A stretch of DNA of 64,000 nt from an uncultured delta proteobacterium (lineage in GTDB: Bacteria > Desulfobacterota > Desulfobulbia > Desulfobulbales > Desulfocapsaceae): positions 4,667 through 68,666 of the forward strand of contig CAIUQR010000065.1 of the NCBI GenBank assembly GCA_903901335.1, given 5' to 3'. The stretch's first letter is position 1. Each line of letters begins with the position of its first letter. Of the stretch, positions 1 to 8,515 are shown one piece after another. Below the pieces are notes generated by a model, which was given only the letters and a program-made list of their open reading frames with translations, ran no database searches and was not told the origin of the DNA. A program made the position numbers and the translations under genes.

Positions 1-282
1 GTTAGAGTTGAAGGATCCACAAAGTCCACGATCGGATGTAATAACAACGAGTTCCAGATTTTTTAAATCGCGAACTTCCATTAAAGGAAAACTGCTCGTG
101 TTGGAACCACCAGATAAATTCGACATCGCCTCGTTGAACTTGGAGGTGTATGGCCGGAAATTCTCCATCTTCTCCTGAGCACTCCGCAATCTTGCAGAAG
201 CAACCATGTTCATGGCTTTGGTGATCTGAGCTGTCTTCTTGACACCACCGATCTTTGTTTTTACGTCTTTTAAACTGGGCAT
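1..282 (-). CDS. atpG: F-type ATP synthase gamma subunit, N-terminal part (gene runs off the left edge)
   Basis: Not in the ORF track because it is open at the window edge. The reverse complement from the ATG at 282 reads MPSLKDVKTKIGGVKKTAQITKAMNMVASARLRSAQEKMENFRPYTSKFNEAMS, a typical gamma N-terminus. It lies 19 nt downstream of the atpA stop. Confidence 0.85.
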   Translation of the reverse strand, partial: MPSLKDVKTKIGGVKKTAQITKAMNMVASARLRSAQEKMENFRPYTSKFNEAMSNLSGGSNTSSFPLMEVRDLKNLELVVITSDRGLCGSFNSN

Positions 283-301
283 AGCTTGGACCTATCTTTG
301 A

Positions 302-1825
302 TTAGTTAAGACCTTTAGTTGCCTTGAATGTATTACCAAAGCTGGTCAGTGCTTTATTCAGTTTCGCCTTAATTTCATCAGTGAATATTTTCTGTTCTTT
401 TAAATCCGTAAAGATAGAAGGCTCATTGGACTCGATATATGAATAGAGCTCCATCTCAAAACTAGCCAGGGTATTTACCGGCAGTTTATCCAAATATCCA
501 TTGGTTCCGGCAAAAAGGATCGTTACTTGTTTCTCCATGGGCAACGGCTGGTATTGCGGCTGTTTGAGTATTTCAACCAGGCGCTCACCTCTTGTCAACT
601 GGGCCTGGGTGGCCGCATCAAGATCGGAGCCGAAGGCTGCAAAAGCGGCAAGCTCACGATACTGGGCAAGGTCGAGACGAAGAGTACCGGCGACCTGTTT
701 CATGGCCTTAACCTGGGCACTACCACCTACGCGGGATACGGAAAGTCCAACATTGATTGCCGGTCGAACACCGGAGAAGAACAGGTTGGGCTCAAGATAT
801 ACCTGACCGTCGGTAATGGAGATAACGTTTGTCGGAATAAATGCAGAAACATCACCTGCCTGGGTTTCGATAATCGGCAGAGCCGTAAGCGAACCTGCGC
901 CTAACGCATCGTTCACCTTAGAAGATCTCTCCAGCAAACGCGAGTGGTTGAAGAAAATATCACCAGGATAGGCCTCACGTCCAGGCGGACGTCGCAAAAG
1001 CAGGGAAAGCTCACGATAGGCAACAGCCTGTTTCGACAGATCGTCGTATACAATCAACGCATGCATACCGTTGTCCCGAAAATATTCGCCCATCGAAGTA
1101 CCGGCAAACGGGGCAATGTACTGCATAGGTGCAGGATCGGAGGCACATGCCGCGACCACTGTTGTATAGGACATCGCGCCATGTTTTCTCAGCGCCTCAA
1201 CGACCAAGGCAACTGTTGATTTCTTCTGTCCGACGGCAACGTAGATACAATGCACATCGGTATCTTTCTGAGCGATAATTGCATCGACACAGAGGGCCGT
1301 TTTACCAATCTGACGGTCACCGATGACGAGCTCACGCTGGCCTCTGCCGACGGGAGTCATGGCATCGACAGCCTTGGCGCCGGTATAGCATGGTTCATGG
1401 ACGCCTTTACGGGCAATAACACCGGGGGCCAGAACCTCAATCTTAGAGCTCAGTTTGGCATTGATTGGCCCCTGTCCATCAATGGGGAATCCGATTCCAT
1501 CAACAACCCGGCCTTCCATCTCAGGTCCGACAGGTACCTCGGCAATTTTCCCGGTACGTTTGACGATATCACCTTCTTTGATTCCCTGAACACTTCCGAG
1601 GACCGCGCAACCGACATTGTCCTCTTCGAGGTTCAATGCGAGTCCCATAACTCCACCCGGGAACTCAAGAAGCTCCATGGCCATACAGTTCTGTACGCCA
1701 TAGATACGTGCGATACCGTCACCGACTGAGATAACGGTGCCGGTTTCATTAAGGTCAATACTTGTCTCGTACTCCCCAATCTGATCTTTGATAATCTGAC
1801 TGATTTCTTCGGCTTTGATCTGCAT
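302..1825 (-). CDS. atpA: F-type ATP synthase alpha subunit
   Basis: 507-aa ORF with Walker A GDRQIGKT and alpha-subunit sequence throughout. Sits in the delta-alpha-gamma gene order. Confidence 0.97.
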   Translation of the reverse strand: MQIKAEEISQIIKDQIGEYETSIDLNETGTVISVGDGIARIYGVQNCMAMELLEFPGGVMGLALNLEEDNVGCAVLGSVQGIKEGDIVKRTGKIAEVPVGPEMEGRVVDGIGFPIDGQGPINAKLSSKIEVLAPGVIARKGVHEPCYTGAKAVDAMTPVGRGQRELVIGDRQIGKTALCVDAIIAQKDTDVHCIYVAVGQKKSTVALVVEALRKHGAMSYTTVVAACASDPAPMQYIAPFAGTSMGEYFRDNGMHALIVYDDLSKQAVAYRELSLLLRRPPGREAYPGDIFFNHSRLLERSSKVNDALGAGSLTALPIIETQAGDVSAFIPTNVISITDGQVYLEPNLFFSGVRPAINVGLSVSRVGGSAQVKAMKQVAGTLRLDLAQYRELAAFAAFGSDLDAATQAQLTRGERLVEILKQPQYQPLPMEKQVTILFAGTNGYLDKLPVNTLASFEMELYSYIESNEPSIFTDLKEQKIFTDEIKAKLNKALTSFGNTFKATKGLN

Positions 1826-2371
1826 CTATTCTCTCCCCTTAATGGAATCTTTTAAACCTGCAAGCTGTGTCCTGATGCTGCCATCCAGTACCAGGTCTCC
1901 GACTTTAGCTATAATCCCGCCAATCAAAGATGGATCGACACTGGTCGACAGCTCAACTTTCTTGCCTGTTAATTTTTCAAGCGCGGCCTGAACACTGGCC
2001 TGCAATTCATCACTGAGTGCTACCGCTGAAATAACGGTTCCGTGGCTGACATTCTTTTCAATATCAACCAAAATCTGAAATGCTTCTGCAATCTCGGGGA
2101 GTATTTCAGCACGTTTTTTCTGCACCAGCAGGTTCAGAAAATTCCCCATGATTTTATCTACTCCGATAGAGTTGACAAGTCCAACCATGACCTTTTCCCT
2201 CACATCCAAAGGATAGAGTGGATTGGTCAAAGCGTCACCAACTTCCGGATGAGAGATATAAAGCCCGGCCACTCCCTGGAGAGCTTCATTATAGGCTTCG
2301 TAGTTATCGTTTTCCAAACCAACAGCAAAAAGTGCCTTGGCATATCTTCGCGCTAGGATTGTCTGTTTCAC
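1826..2371 (-). CDS. atpH: F-type ATP synthase delta (OSCP) subunit
   Basis: 181-aa ORF directly abutting the atpA start, with a 4-nt overlap with the b-subunit stop. N-terminus ARRYAKALF is OSCP-like. Confidence 0.9.
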   Translation of the reverse strand: MKQTILARRYAKALFAVGLENDNYEAYNEALQGVAGLYISHPEVGDALTNPLYPLDVREKVMVGLVNSIGVDKIMGNFLNLLVQKKRAEILPEIAEAFQILVDIEKNVSHGTVISAVALSDELQASVQAALEKLTGKKVELSTSVDPSLIGGIIAKVGDLVLDGSIRTQLAGLKDSIKGRE

Positions 2372-3084
2372 TGGACGGCCCCTACTTTAACTAGATAATC
2401 TTCAACGATCTTCACCTGATCGGCAGCTGTGAGGTTTTTGATAATCAATTCTTCAGCCATCGCTGCAGCCTGATCTGCAATCTCGTTCTTCAGCATCCTT
2501 CTGGCCTCAGTTATTTCATTCTGGATGGCCATCTCCGCCTGGCGTTGGATGTCGGCTGCCGTCTGCTCCGCTTTTTCAATGATTCTGGCCTTCTCAATCT
2601 GAGCCTGAGCAATGGCCTTCTCGACTATTGTGTCTATATCTTTCTCAACGCTTGCCAGTTTAGCCTCAAAATCTCTATAGGACTTTTCAGCCTCTGCTTT
2701 GCGCGCCTGGAGATCCTCGATCTCGGTCCTGATCTTGTTTTTTCGGCTGCTGAGTGCGGCTGCAATTGGTTTAGCAGCAAACTTTATCAAAATGATCATC
2801 AGGGCTATAAAGTTCATAACCCTGAAGCCCAGGTTCCACAATTTTTCTTTCGAGAGACTGTCATGATGAACGGGTCCATGCTCGGCGGCAGCATGTTCCG
2901 CCGCCTTACCCTCATGGACCGCTGCACCCGCCGTTGGTGCGCCTGCAGCAACTACCTGGCCGGCCTTTGCTTCCATATGGGGGTTGGCGGGCTCTGTCGC
3001 CCAAACCGTCCCACAGGACAAAGCAAACCAAAGTGTTGCCGCGACCAGAACCGTTCCCCTGGCTACTCGCTTCACTCCTTTCAT
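2368..3084 (-). CDS. atpF: F-type ATP synthase b subunit with N-terminal signal-like and Ala/His-rich extension
   Basis: 238-aa ORF. The C-terminal 160 aa have one TM helix (FIALMIILIKF) plus a long charged coiled coil typical of subunit b. The N-terminal 75 aa are extra (see findings). Confidence 0.85.
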   Translation of the reverse strand: MKGVKRVARGTVLVAATLWFALSCGTVWATEPANPHMEAKAGQVVAAGAPTAGAAVHEGKAAEHAAAEHGPVHHDSLSKEKLWNLGFRVMNFIALMIILIKFAAKPIAAALSSRKNKIRTEIEDLQARKAEAEKSYRDFEAKLASVEKDIDTIVEKAIAQAQIEKARIIEKAEQTAADIQRQAEMAIQNEITEARRMLKNEIADQAAAMAEELIIKNLTAADQVKIVEDYLVKVGAVQ

Positions 3085-3086
3085 CT

Positions 3087-3512
3087 CTAGAGACTCCTTC
3101 GCAGAATTTTACTGGCCATAGCGACGGCGAACCCATTGAGATTCCCCTGAAGACCTTTCGCAGCGGCGTCGATCTGAGACCGAATATCCGCCATCCTCTT
3201 CTCTTTGCCGGCTTCAACTTCAGCCTTTATCGCAGCAAGTTTCGCATTCCCTGCAGAAGCCGCCTCGGCTCGTGCAGAATCCAGGGCGGCCTTTGCCTTC
3301 CCGGATGCCTTGGCCATTTTTTTATCAACTTCTTCCTGCCGGAGACGCGCATTCTCCTGAATCCTCGCAACTTCAGACTGCATGCCTTGCATCTTTTCAG
3401 ATCTGTCACGCAAAATCTTCTTTACAGGCTTGTACAGGACTCCGTTCAGGATAAACATCAGGACAATGATGTTTATCATCTGAAACAACAAAGTAATATC
3501 CACCGTAACCAT
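3087..3512 (-). CDS. F-type ATP synthase b' subunit
   Basis: 141-aa ORF with an N-terminal TM helix (IIVLMFILNGVLYKP) followed by a charged helix. First gene of the b'-b-delta-alpha-gamma operon. Confidence 0.85.
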   Translation of the reverse strand: MVTVDITLLFQMINIIVLMFILNGVLYKPVKKILRDRSEKMQGMQSEVARIQENARLRQEEVDKKMAKASGKAKAALDSARAEAASAGNAKLAAIKAEVEAGKEKRMADIRSQIDAAAKGLQGNLNGFAVAMASKILRRSL

Positions 3513-3607
3513 GTTTGCATTCTCCTGATCAACTTAAGTTTATAAACTCAACATTCAGAATTGAATGAGGACATACTCTAAAATATATAAACTTGCAAGC
3601 ATTGAGA

Positions 3608-3644
3608 TGAATGGTCATTCATAACGAAAATGAATGGTCATTCA
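3608..3644. promoter_or_regulatory. Two tandem copies of the palindrome TGAATGGTCATTCA (3608-3621 and 3631-3644), candidate operator
   Basis: Read directly. The 23-nt unit ATGAATGGTCATTCA[T/C]AACGAAA occurs twice head to tail. The copies sit 11 nt and 34 nt downstream of the predicted -10 of the atp b' promoter. Confidence 0.55.
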
Positions 3645-3655
3645 CAACGAAAAAA

Positions 3656-3684
3656 TTTTTACTGTAAATAATCGGCCATGTCAA
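3656..3684 (-). promoter_or_regulatory. Sigma70-type promoter of the atp b'-b-delta-alpha-gamma operon
   Basis: The minus strand reads TTGACA (3684-3679), a 17-nt spacer, then TAAAAA (3661-3656). It lies about 145 nt upstream of the b' ATG. Confidence 0.45.
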
Positions 3685-3777
3685 CTAATTTATAAAATCT
3701 GCTCAACCTCAATTCTAATAAAATTCATAATGAAACTCGGAAGGAATTTTCTCCGTCCAAGGTGCCCGTTTCTGTCG

Positions 3778-6423
3778 TCAGACACCGAGTATATCAGCAA
3801 CATGTTTCTGCACCGATCTGACGGCTTCTCCGAGCTTGTCTACCATAGTGCCGCCGGCCTGGGCCATATCCGCTCTGCCCCCGCCCTTACCGCCGACGAT
3901 GGTCGCAACCCTGCCGATCAAATCACCGGCGCTGATCTTTGCGGTGAGGTCTTTAGTCACAATCGCCAACAACGCGACCTTGTCCTTGACAACCCCTCCC
4001 AGAACGGCCACCCCGGAATCAAGACCATCCCTGATTTTGTCACCAACCTCCCGCAGGGTCTTGGCACTGTCGAGGGGAATCTCGGCCGCAATAACCCTGA
4101 CGCCGGCAATAACTACAGCGCTCTTAAAGAGATCGTCAAGATCCGTGCTGGCAAGACGCGTAGACAGATCCGCAACCTGCTTTTCCAGGTTTTTCTGACT
4201 CGAAAACATATTTCTGATCTTGGTGGAAATTTCTTCTGCCGGTACATTTAAAAGTGCCGCAATTTCGGTCTCCCTGCGGCTTATCACCTGTAAATATTCG
4301 AAGGCAGCCCTCCCAGTCAGCGCCTCGATTCTTCTCACGCCTGATGCAATTCCAGACTCTGAGAGAATCTTGAACAGGCCTATATCACCGGTGGCCCTCA
4401 CATGCGTGCCTCCACAGAGCTCCTTTGAGAATTCTCCGACGGAAATGACCCGGACCGAATCTCCGTATTTCTCGCCAAAGAGTGCGGTTGCCCCCTCTTT
4501 GATCGCGTCATCCCGGGCCAGAATCCTCGTATTAACAGGGAGGTTTTCCCGGATCCTGGCATTAACCAGTCGCTCAATGGCCGTAATTTCTTCTGTGCTG
4601 AGCGGGGAAAAATGGGTGAAGTCAAAACGCAACCTCTGAGGCCCGACAAGAGAGCCGGCCTGTTTGATATGATCACCGAGGATACGTTTCATCGCCGCCT
4701 GCAAGAGATGCGTCGAGGTATGGTTTGCAGCAATCTCCGCCCGCGACATCTCCCCTACCGTCAGGCTTATCTTCTGACCGGAAACCAGTGTCCCTTCCTC
4801 TATCCGTATCTGATGGATGATAAGCGCTGCTTCCGCAAAGGTCGTAAGAACCGTGGCCTGTCCTTCTCGCCATTTCACTGTTCCAATATCACCGACCTGG
4901 CCGCCTGCTTCAGCATAAAAGGGGGTCACCGGGGCGAACAGTCTTCCCAGGCTTCCGGCAGTCAGTTTGTCAATTGCACTGCCGCTGTTGTCAAGAAGGG
5001 TGTCGCATATCGTCTGCACTTCAAGTTTCTCATACCCTGCAAAGTCTGTCTTCTTCCCTGAATCCAACAGCTTTTTCACCCCTTCATCACGGAGACGGAT
5101 ACCTTCGCCCTTCTGTGAGGCCCTCGATTTAGCCCGCTGTTTTTCCATGGCCCGGTTGAAGCCCGCCTCGTCAAAACCGACCTTCCTTTCAAAGGAAATA
5201 TCCCGGACAATATCTACAGGAAACCCATAGGTATCATAGAGTTTAAAAACAAAATCGCCCCCTATGATCCTTTCTTTGTTTTTCGTTATCCTGGAAATTT
5301 CCTGATCGAGAATTGTCAGTCCATTCTCCAGGGTCTCACGAAACCGCTCCTCTTCGTTATTCACGACCTTCTTTAACAGCTCACCGGCTCCGCTCAGATG
5401 TGGATAGGCATGCTCCATGGAACCAACAACGACTGCAGTTACGGTATCTAAAAACGGCCTTTCCAGGCCAAGATTCTTGCCGTAGCGGACCGCCCGGCGC
5501 ATAATGCGCCTGAGCACATACCCTCTTCCTTCGTTTGAGGGCAGAACACCGTCGGCAACGAGAAAGGAAGTGGCCCGAGCATGGTCGGCGATGACGCGCA
5601 TGGCCACATTGTCATCAGATTTTTTTCCATAGGGACGGCCGGAAAGCTGTTCCAGGCAGGAGAGGATCGGGGCAAACAGATCCGAATCGTAATTATTCGA
5701 TTTTCCCTGCAGCACGGCTGCCACCCGTTCCAGGCCCATACCGGTATCGATACTCGGCTTGGGCAATCTGGTCATGGTGCCGTCTTCGGCCCGGTTGAAC
5801 TGCATGAAGACCAGATTCCAGAGCTCGAGAAAGCGATCACAATCACAGCCCAGGGCACAGTCGGGTCTGCCGCAGCCGGCCTCTTTTCCCTGATCGATAT
5901 GGATCTCGGAACAGGGGCCGCAGGGACCGGTATCGCCCATGGCCCAGAAGTTGTCCTTTTCACCCATCCGGACTATACGTCCTTCCAACAGACCATCAAC
6001 CTTCTCCCAGAGGGCAAAGGCCTCGTCGTCATCTTCATAGATGGTGACCCAGAGTTTCTCTTTCGGTATCTGCAGTTCTTTGGTCAAAAACTCCCAGGCA
6101 TAACGGATCGCCTCGTCCTTAAAGTAGTCACCAAAGGAAAAATTACCCAGCATCTCGAAAAACGTATGATGTCTGGCCGTGTATCCGACGTTTTCAAGAT
6201 CGTTGTGTTTGCCGCCGGCCCGGACGCAGCGCTGACTGGTGGTGGCCCTTACGTAATCGCGGTGGTCTTCTCCCATGAAAACAGTTTTAAACTGGACCAT
6301 TCCAGCATTGGTAAACAGCAAGGTCGGATCATCAACCGGCACCAAGGAAGAGCTCTCGACTGCTGTATGACCGTTTTTCTGAAAATATTCTAAAAATTTC
6401 GCCCGTAATTCATTGCCAGTCAT
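3778..6423 (-). CDS. alaS: Alanine--tRNA ligase
   Basis: 881-aa ORF with a class II AlaRS N-terminus (FLEYFQKNGH), editing-domain HxxxH (HTSTHLL) and a C-terminal DHHA1-like GGGKGGGR motif. Confidence 0.97.
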   Translation of the reverse strand: MTGNELRAKFLEYFQKNGHTAVESSSLVPVDDPTLLFTNAGMVQFKTVFMGEDHRDYVRATTSQRCVRAGGKHNDLENVGYTARHHTFFEMLGNFSFGDYFKDEAIRYAWEFLTKELQIPKEKLWVTIYEDDDEAFALWEKVDGLLEGRIVRMGEKDNFWAMGDTGPCGPCSEIHIDQGKEAGCGRPDCALGCDCDRFLELWNLVFMQFNRAEDGTMTRLPKPSIDTGMGLERVAAVLQGKSNNYDSDLFAPILSCLEQLSGRPYGKKSDDNVAMRVIADHARATSFLVADGVLPSNEGRGYVLRRIMRRAVRYGKNLGLERPFLDTVTAVVVGSMEHAYPHLSGAGELLKKVVNNEEERFRETLENGLTILDQEISRITKNKERIIGGDFVFKLYDTYGFPVDIVRDISFERKVGFDEAGFNRAMEKQRAKSRASQKGEGIRLRDEGVKKLLDSGKKTDFAGYEKLEVQTICDTLLDNSGSAIDKLTAGSLGRLFAPVTPFYAEAGGQVGDIGTVKWREGQATVLTTFAEAALIIHQIRIEEGTLVSGQKISLTVGEMSRAEIAANHTSTHLLQAAMKRILGDHIKQAGSLVGPQRLRFDFTHFSPLSTEEITAIERLVNARIRENLPVNTRILARDDAIKEGATALFGEKYGDSVRVISVGEFSKELCGGTHVRATGDIGLFKILSESGIASGVRRIEALTGRAAFEYLQVISRRETEIAALLNVPAEEISTKIRNMFSSQKNLEKQVADLSTRLASTDLDDLFKSAVVIAGVRVIAAEIPLDSAKTLREVGDKIRDGLDSGVAVLGGVVKDKVALLAIVTKDLTAKISAGDLIGRVATIVGGKGGGRADMAQAGGTMVDKLGEAVRSVQKHVADILGV

Positions 6424-6489
6424 GGTTCTTTTCTTTTTTATGAATAAATTGAAGGTTTTTATCCGAATCCGTTATCGGTTTCGACGTCA

Positions 6490-7068
6490 TTACCTGATAT
6501 TTTTATTAAAATCCAGAATAAACGGTAATATCTCTTTGAACTGGGGGGTGCCTGCTTTACCCAGGAGTTCATAGATTATCATTTCAGCCGGCCCCACCCT
6601 CGCACCGGCTGAGCGCAATGCGGTCAGGCCCAATTCATGATTTTCGACACTCCTCGATGACACCCCATCGGCAACTATCCACGGAATCAACCCTCGCTCC
6701 AGTGCCCCCATCGCCGTCTGATAAATACAGATATGTGTTTCCACTCCGACCAGAATCATAGTGTTGACAGTGCCGGGTAGCGTATCAATCAGAGTCCTTG
6801 TCGCCGCATTGGCAATGGCGCTGAATTCGGTCTTATCAGGCCTGGGGATGCCCTCCATCAGCGGCTCCAGCAGGGGGACATAGCCACCGAGACCTTTTTT
6901 GTATTGTGTATTGGCAATAACAGGAATGTTCAGAATCCCGGTGCCGGCCAGCATGAGTTTAATAACGGCGGCAACCCTCTCGGCCCGATGTATATGGGCC
7001 ATCAAACTCTGTTGAGGATCTATAATATGGAGGTAACATTCGGCCGGTTTCACTAATGTCTTCTTCAT
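6490..7068 (-). CDS. Isochorismatase-family cysteine hydrolase
   Basis: The track ORF begins at TTG 7149. I prefer the ATG at 7068 (MKKTLVKP), preceded by GGGAGGAG. The fold signature ILVGVETHICI has the catalytic-type Cys. Confidence 0.8.
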   Translation of the reverse strand: MKKTLVKPAECYLHIIDPQQSLMAHIHRAERVAAVIKLMLAGTGILNIPVIANTQYKKGLGGYVPLLEPLMEGIPRPDKTEFSAIANAATRTLIDTLPGTVNTMILVGVETHICIYQTAMGALERGLIPWIVADGVSSRSVENHELGLTALRSAGARVGPAEMIIYELLGKAGTPQFKEILPFILDFNKNIR

Positions 7069-7358
7069 TTCTCCTCCCGTGATGCATGATTTAAAGCTTA
7101 TCCGTAAATAAGCTTTAAGTAAGAAAAAGGATCGGCAATTTTTCCACAATTAACCCTTTTTCCGGTTTGTATTCAAGCGGGAAACGGACTTCTTGATTTT
7201 TTTGCTCCATGATCGCATTCTCTACGACCATGAATGCCACCAATCCGCCCCTTCAATCATGCCCCTTCTTTGCAAAAAATGACAAAATGATCTTTACAAA
7301 ACCGTAACAGGTATTAAATTAAATGCTAAAATAATTTCGCTAAAGGAAAACGGAACAT

Positions 7359-7652
7359 ATGAAAGATGAACAAATAGATGCGTTGGCAAAAATCCTGAAA
7401 TCGATGTCCCATCCGATCCGTCTGAAGATCCTCTGTCTCCTGCAAAATCGGGAGTTATCGGTGGGTGATATCAGAAATCAGGTGGAGACGACCAATGCGA
7501 ACATCTCTCAACATCTGAATATCCTTCGTGCCCAGGGAATCATTGAATTCAGAAAAGAGGCCAATTTCATCTACAACAGGATTACCGACAGACGAATCCT
7601 CGACATGATCACAAAAATGCAGAAGCTGTTCTGTCCGGACCACAAGGAGTAG
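7359..7652 (+). CDS. ArsR/SmtB-family transcriptional regulator
   Basis: 97-aa ORF with HPIRLKILCLL...LSVGDI...NISQHLNILR, a typical winged-helix ArsR core. Confidence 0.85.
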   Translation: MKDEQIDALAKILKSMSHPIRLKILCLLQNRELSVGDIRNQVETTNANISQHLNILRAQGIIEFRKEANFIYNRITDRRILDMITKMQKLFCPDHKE

Positions 7653-7656
7653 TATT

Positions 7657-7869
7657 ATGATCGTTACAGACTGGGTTCACACTATTGCCGGCAGTTTTAT
7701 CCTGGTAAGTCTCGCTCTCGGCGTACCCGCAAGTCCTGTCTTCCACAGCCGGTACTGGCTGTTTTTTACCGCCTTTGTCGGGCTGAATCTCTTCCAGTAC
7801 GGAATCTCAAAATTCTGCCCGCTCGCCATTATCCTCAAGGCCTTAGGGGTGCCGGAAAACAGATCCTGA
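7657..7869 (+). CDS. Small YgaP-like (DUF2892-type) membrane protein
   Basis: 70-aa, two-TM ORF 4 nt after arsR. The motif LNLFQ..ISKFCP is typical of this family, which commonly pairs with ArsR regulators. Confidence 0.75.
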   Translation: MIVTDWVHTIAGSFILVSLALGVPASPVFHSRYWLFFTAFVGLNLFQYGISKFCPLAIILKALGVPENRS

Positions 7870-8064
7870 CGATTGTTGGACACACAACTTTTTTAGACGG
7901 GAATAAAGGGGAGGTTTGGTTGCCCTTAATTTTCTCAGACAGCAGAAAAAGGCAACCCATCAAGCCGGAAGAGAGGCAGGGAGAAGCCCGGACTGTTCAA
8001 TTCACCAAATCATTGCCCACACTCTGATACGCCGGAAAGGAGACGAGCAGACGAACATCAACTC

Positions 8065-8292
8065 TTATAACGCAAGCATCTCCGCACTACAGGACGCCTG
8101 CCAGCAGCACAAGGTCTCCGGGCAGGTCTTTTTTTTCCTGAAACAGACGGTATTGCCCTCTTTTTCCTGAACCTTGCAGATCAATTCCTCAAGCTTCAAA
8201 CCATCACTTTTCAGACCGACCTGTAATGCTTTTTGTTTCGCCAGTGCCAGGAGTTTCGATCCCTTGAAAAATTTTTCCTTAGCCATAGTCAT
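8065..8292 (-). CDS. Small HeH/SAP (Rho_N-like) domain protein with Cys-rich tail
   Basis: 75-aa ORF. LALAKQKALQVGLKSDGLKLEELICKVQ resembles a SAP/Rho-N helix-extended-helix, followed by EGNTVCF...CPETLCCWQASC. It competes with an overlapping plus-strand ORF that has no recognisable features. Confidence 0.55.
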   Translation of the reverse strand: MTMAKEKFFKGSKLLALAKQKALQVGLKSDGLKLEELICKVQEKEGNTVCFRKKKTCPETLCCWQASCSAEMLAL

Positions 8293-8515
8293 TCACCTCA
8301 TCCAATGATTCATACATGGAATAATTCGGATACCATCTGTCAAAGGCAGCAAGAAAAGAGATACATTACAAACCAGAAAGATATGTCGAACGCAAACAGC
8401 GTTCACCACTTCCTATCAACCTGCGGATTTTTCAATACTACCACTTTCCCTGGTCGGCTGTCCAATTTTTTCGATAAAACAACCCTATCAAAACACGATG
8501 TGCGTATCGGCGATA

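Noticed and set aside
3608-3644. Interpreting the TGAATGGTCATTCA dyads as Rex boxes or ARG boxes
   Set aside because: The Rex consensus has GTGAA-N4-TTCAC, whereas here the spacing is GAA-N6-TTC and the flanking GT/AC are absent. ARG boxes share TGAAT-N4-ATTCA but have an A/T-rich centre and sit at arginine genes. Neither known regulon fits, so the binding factor is left open in the findings.
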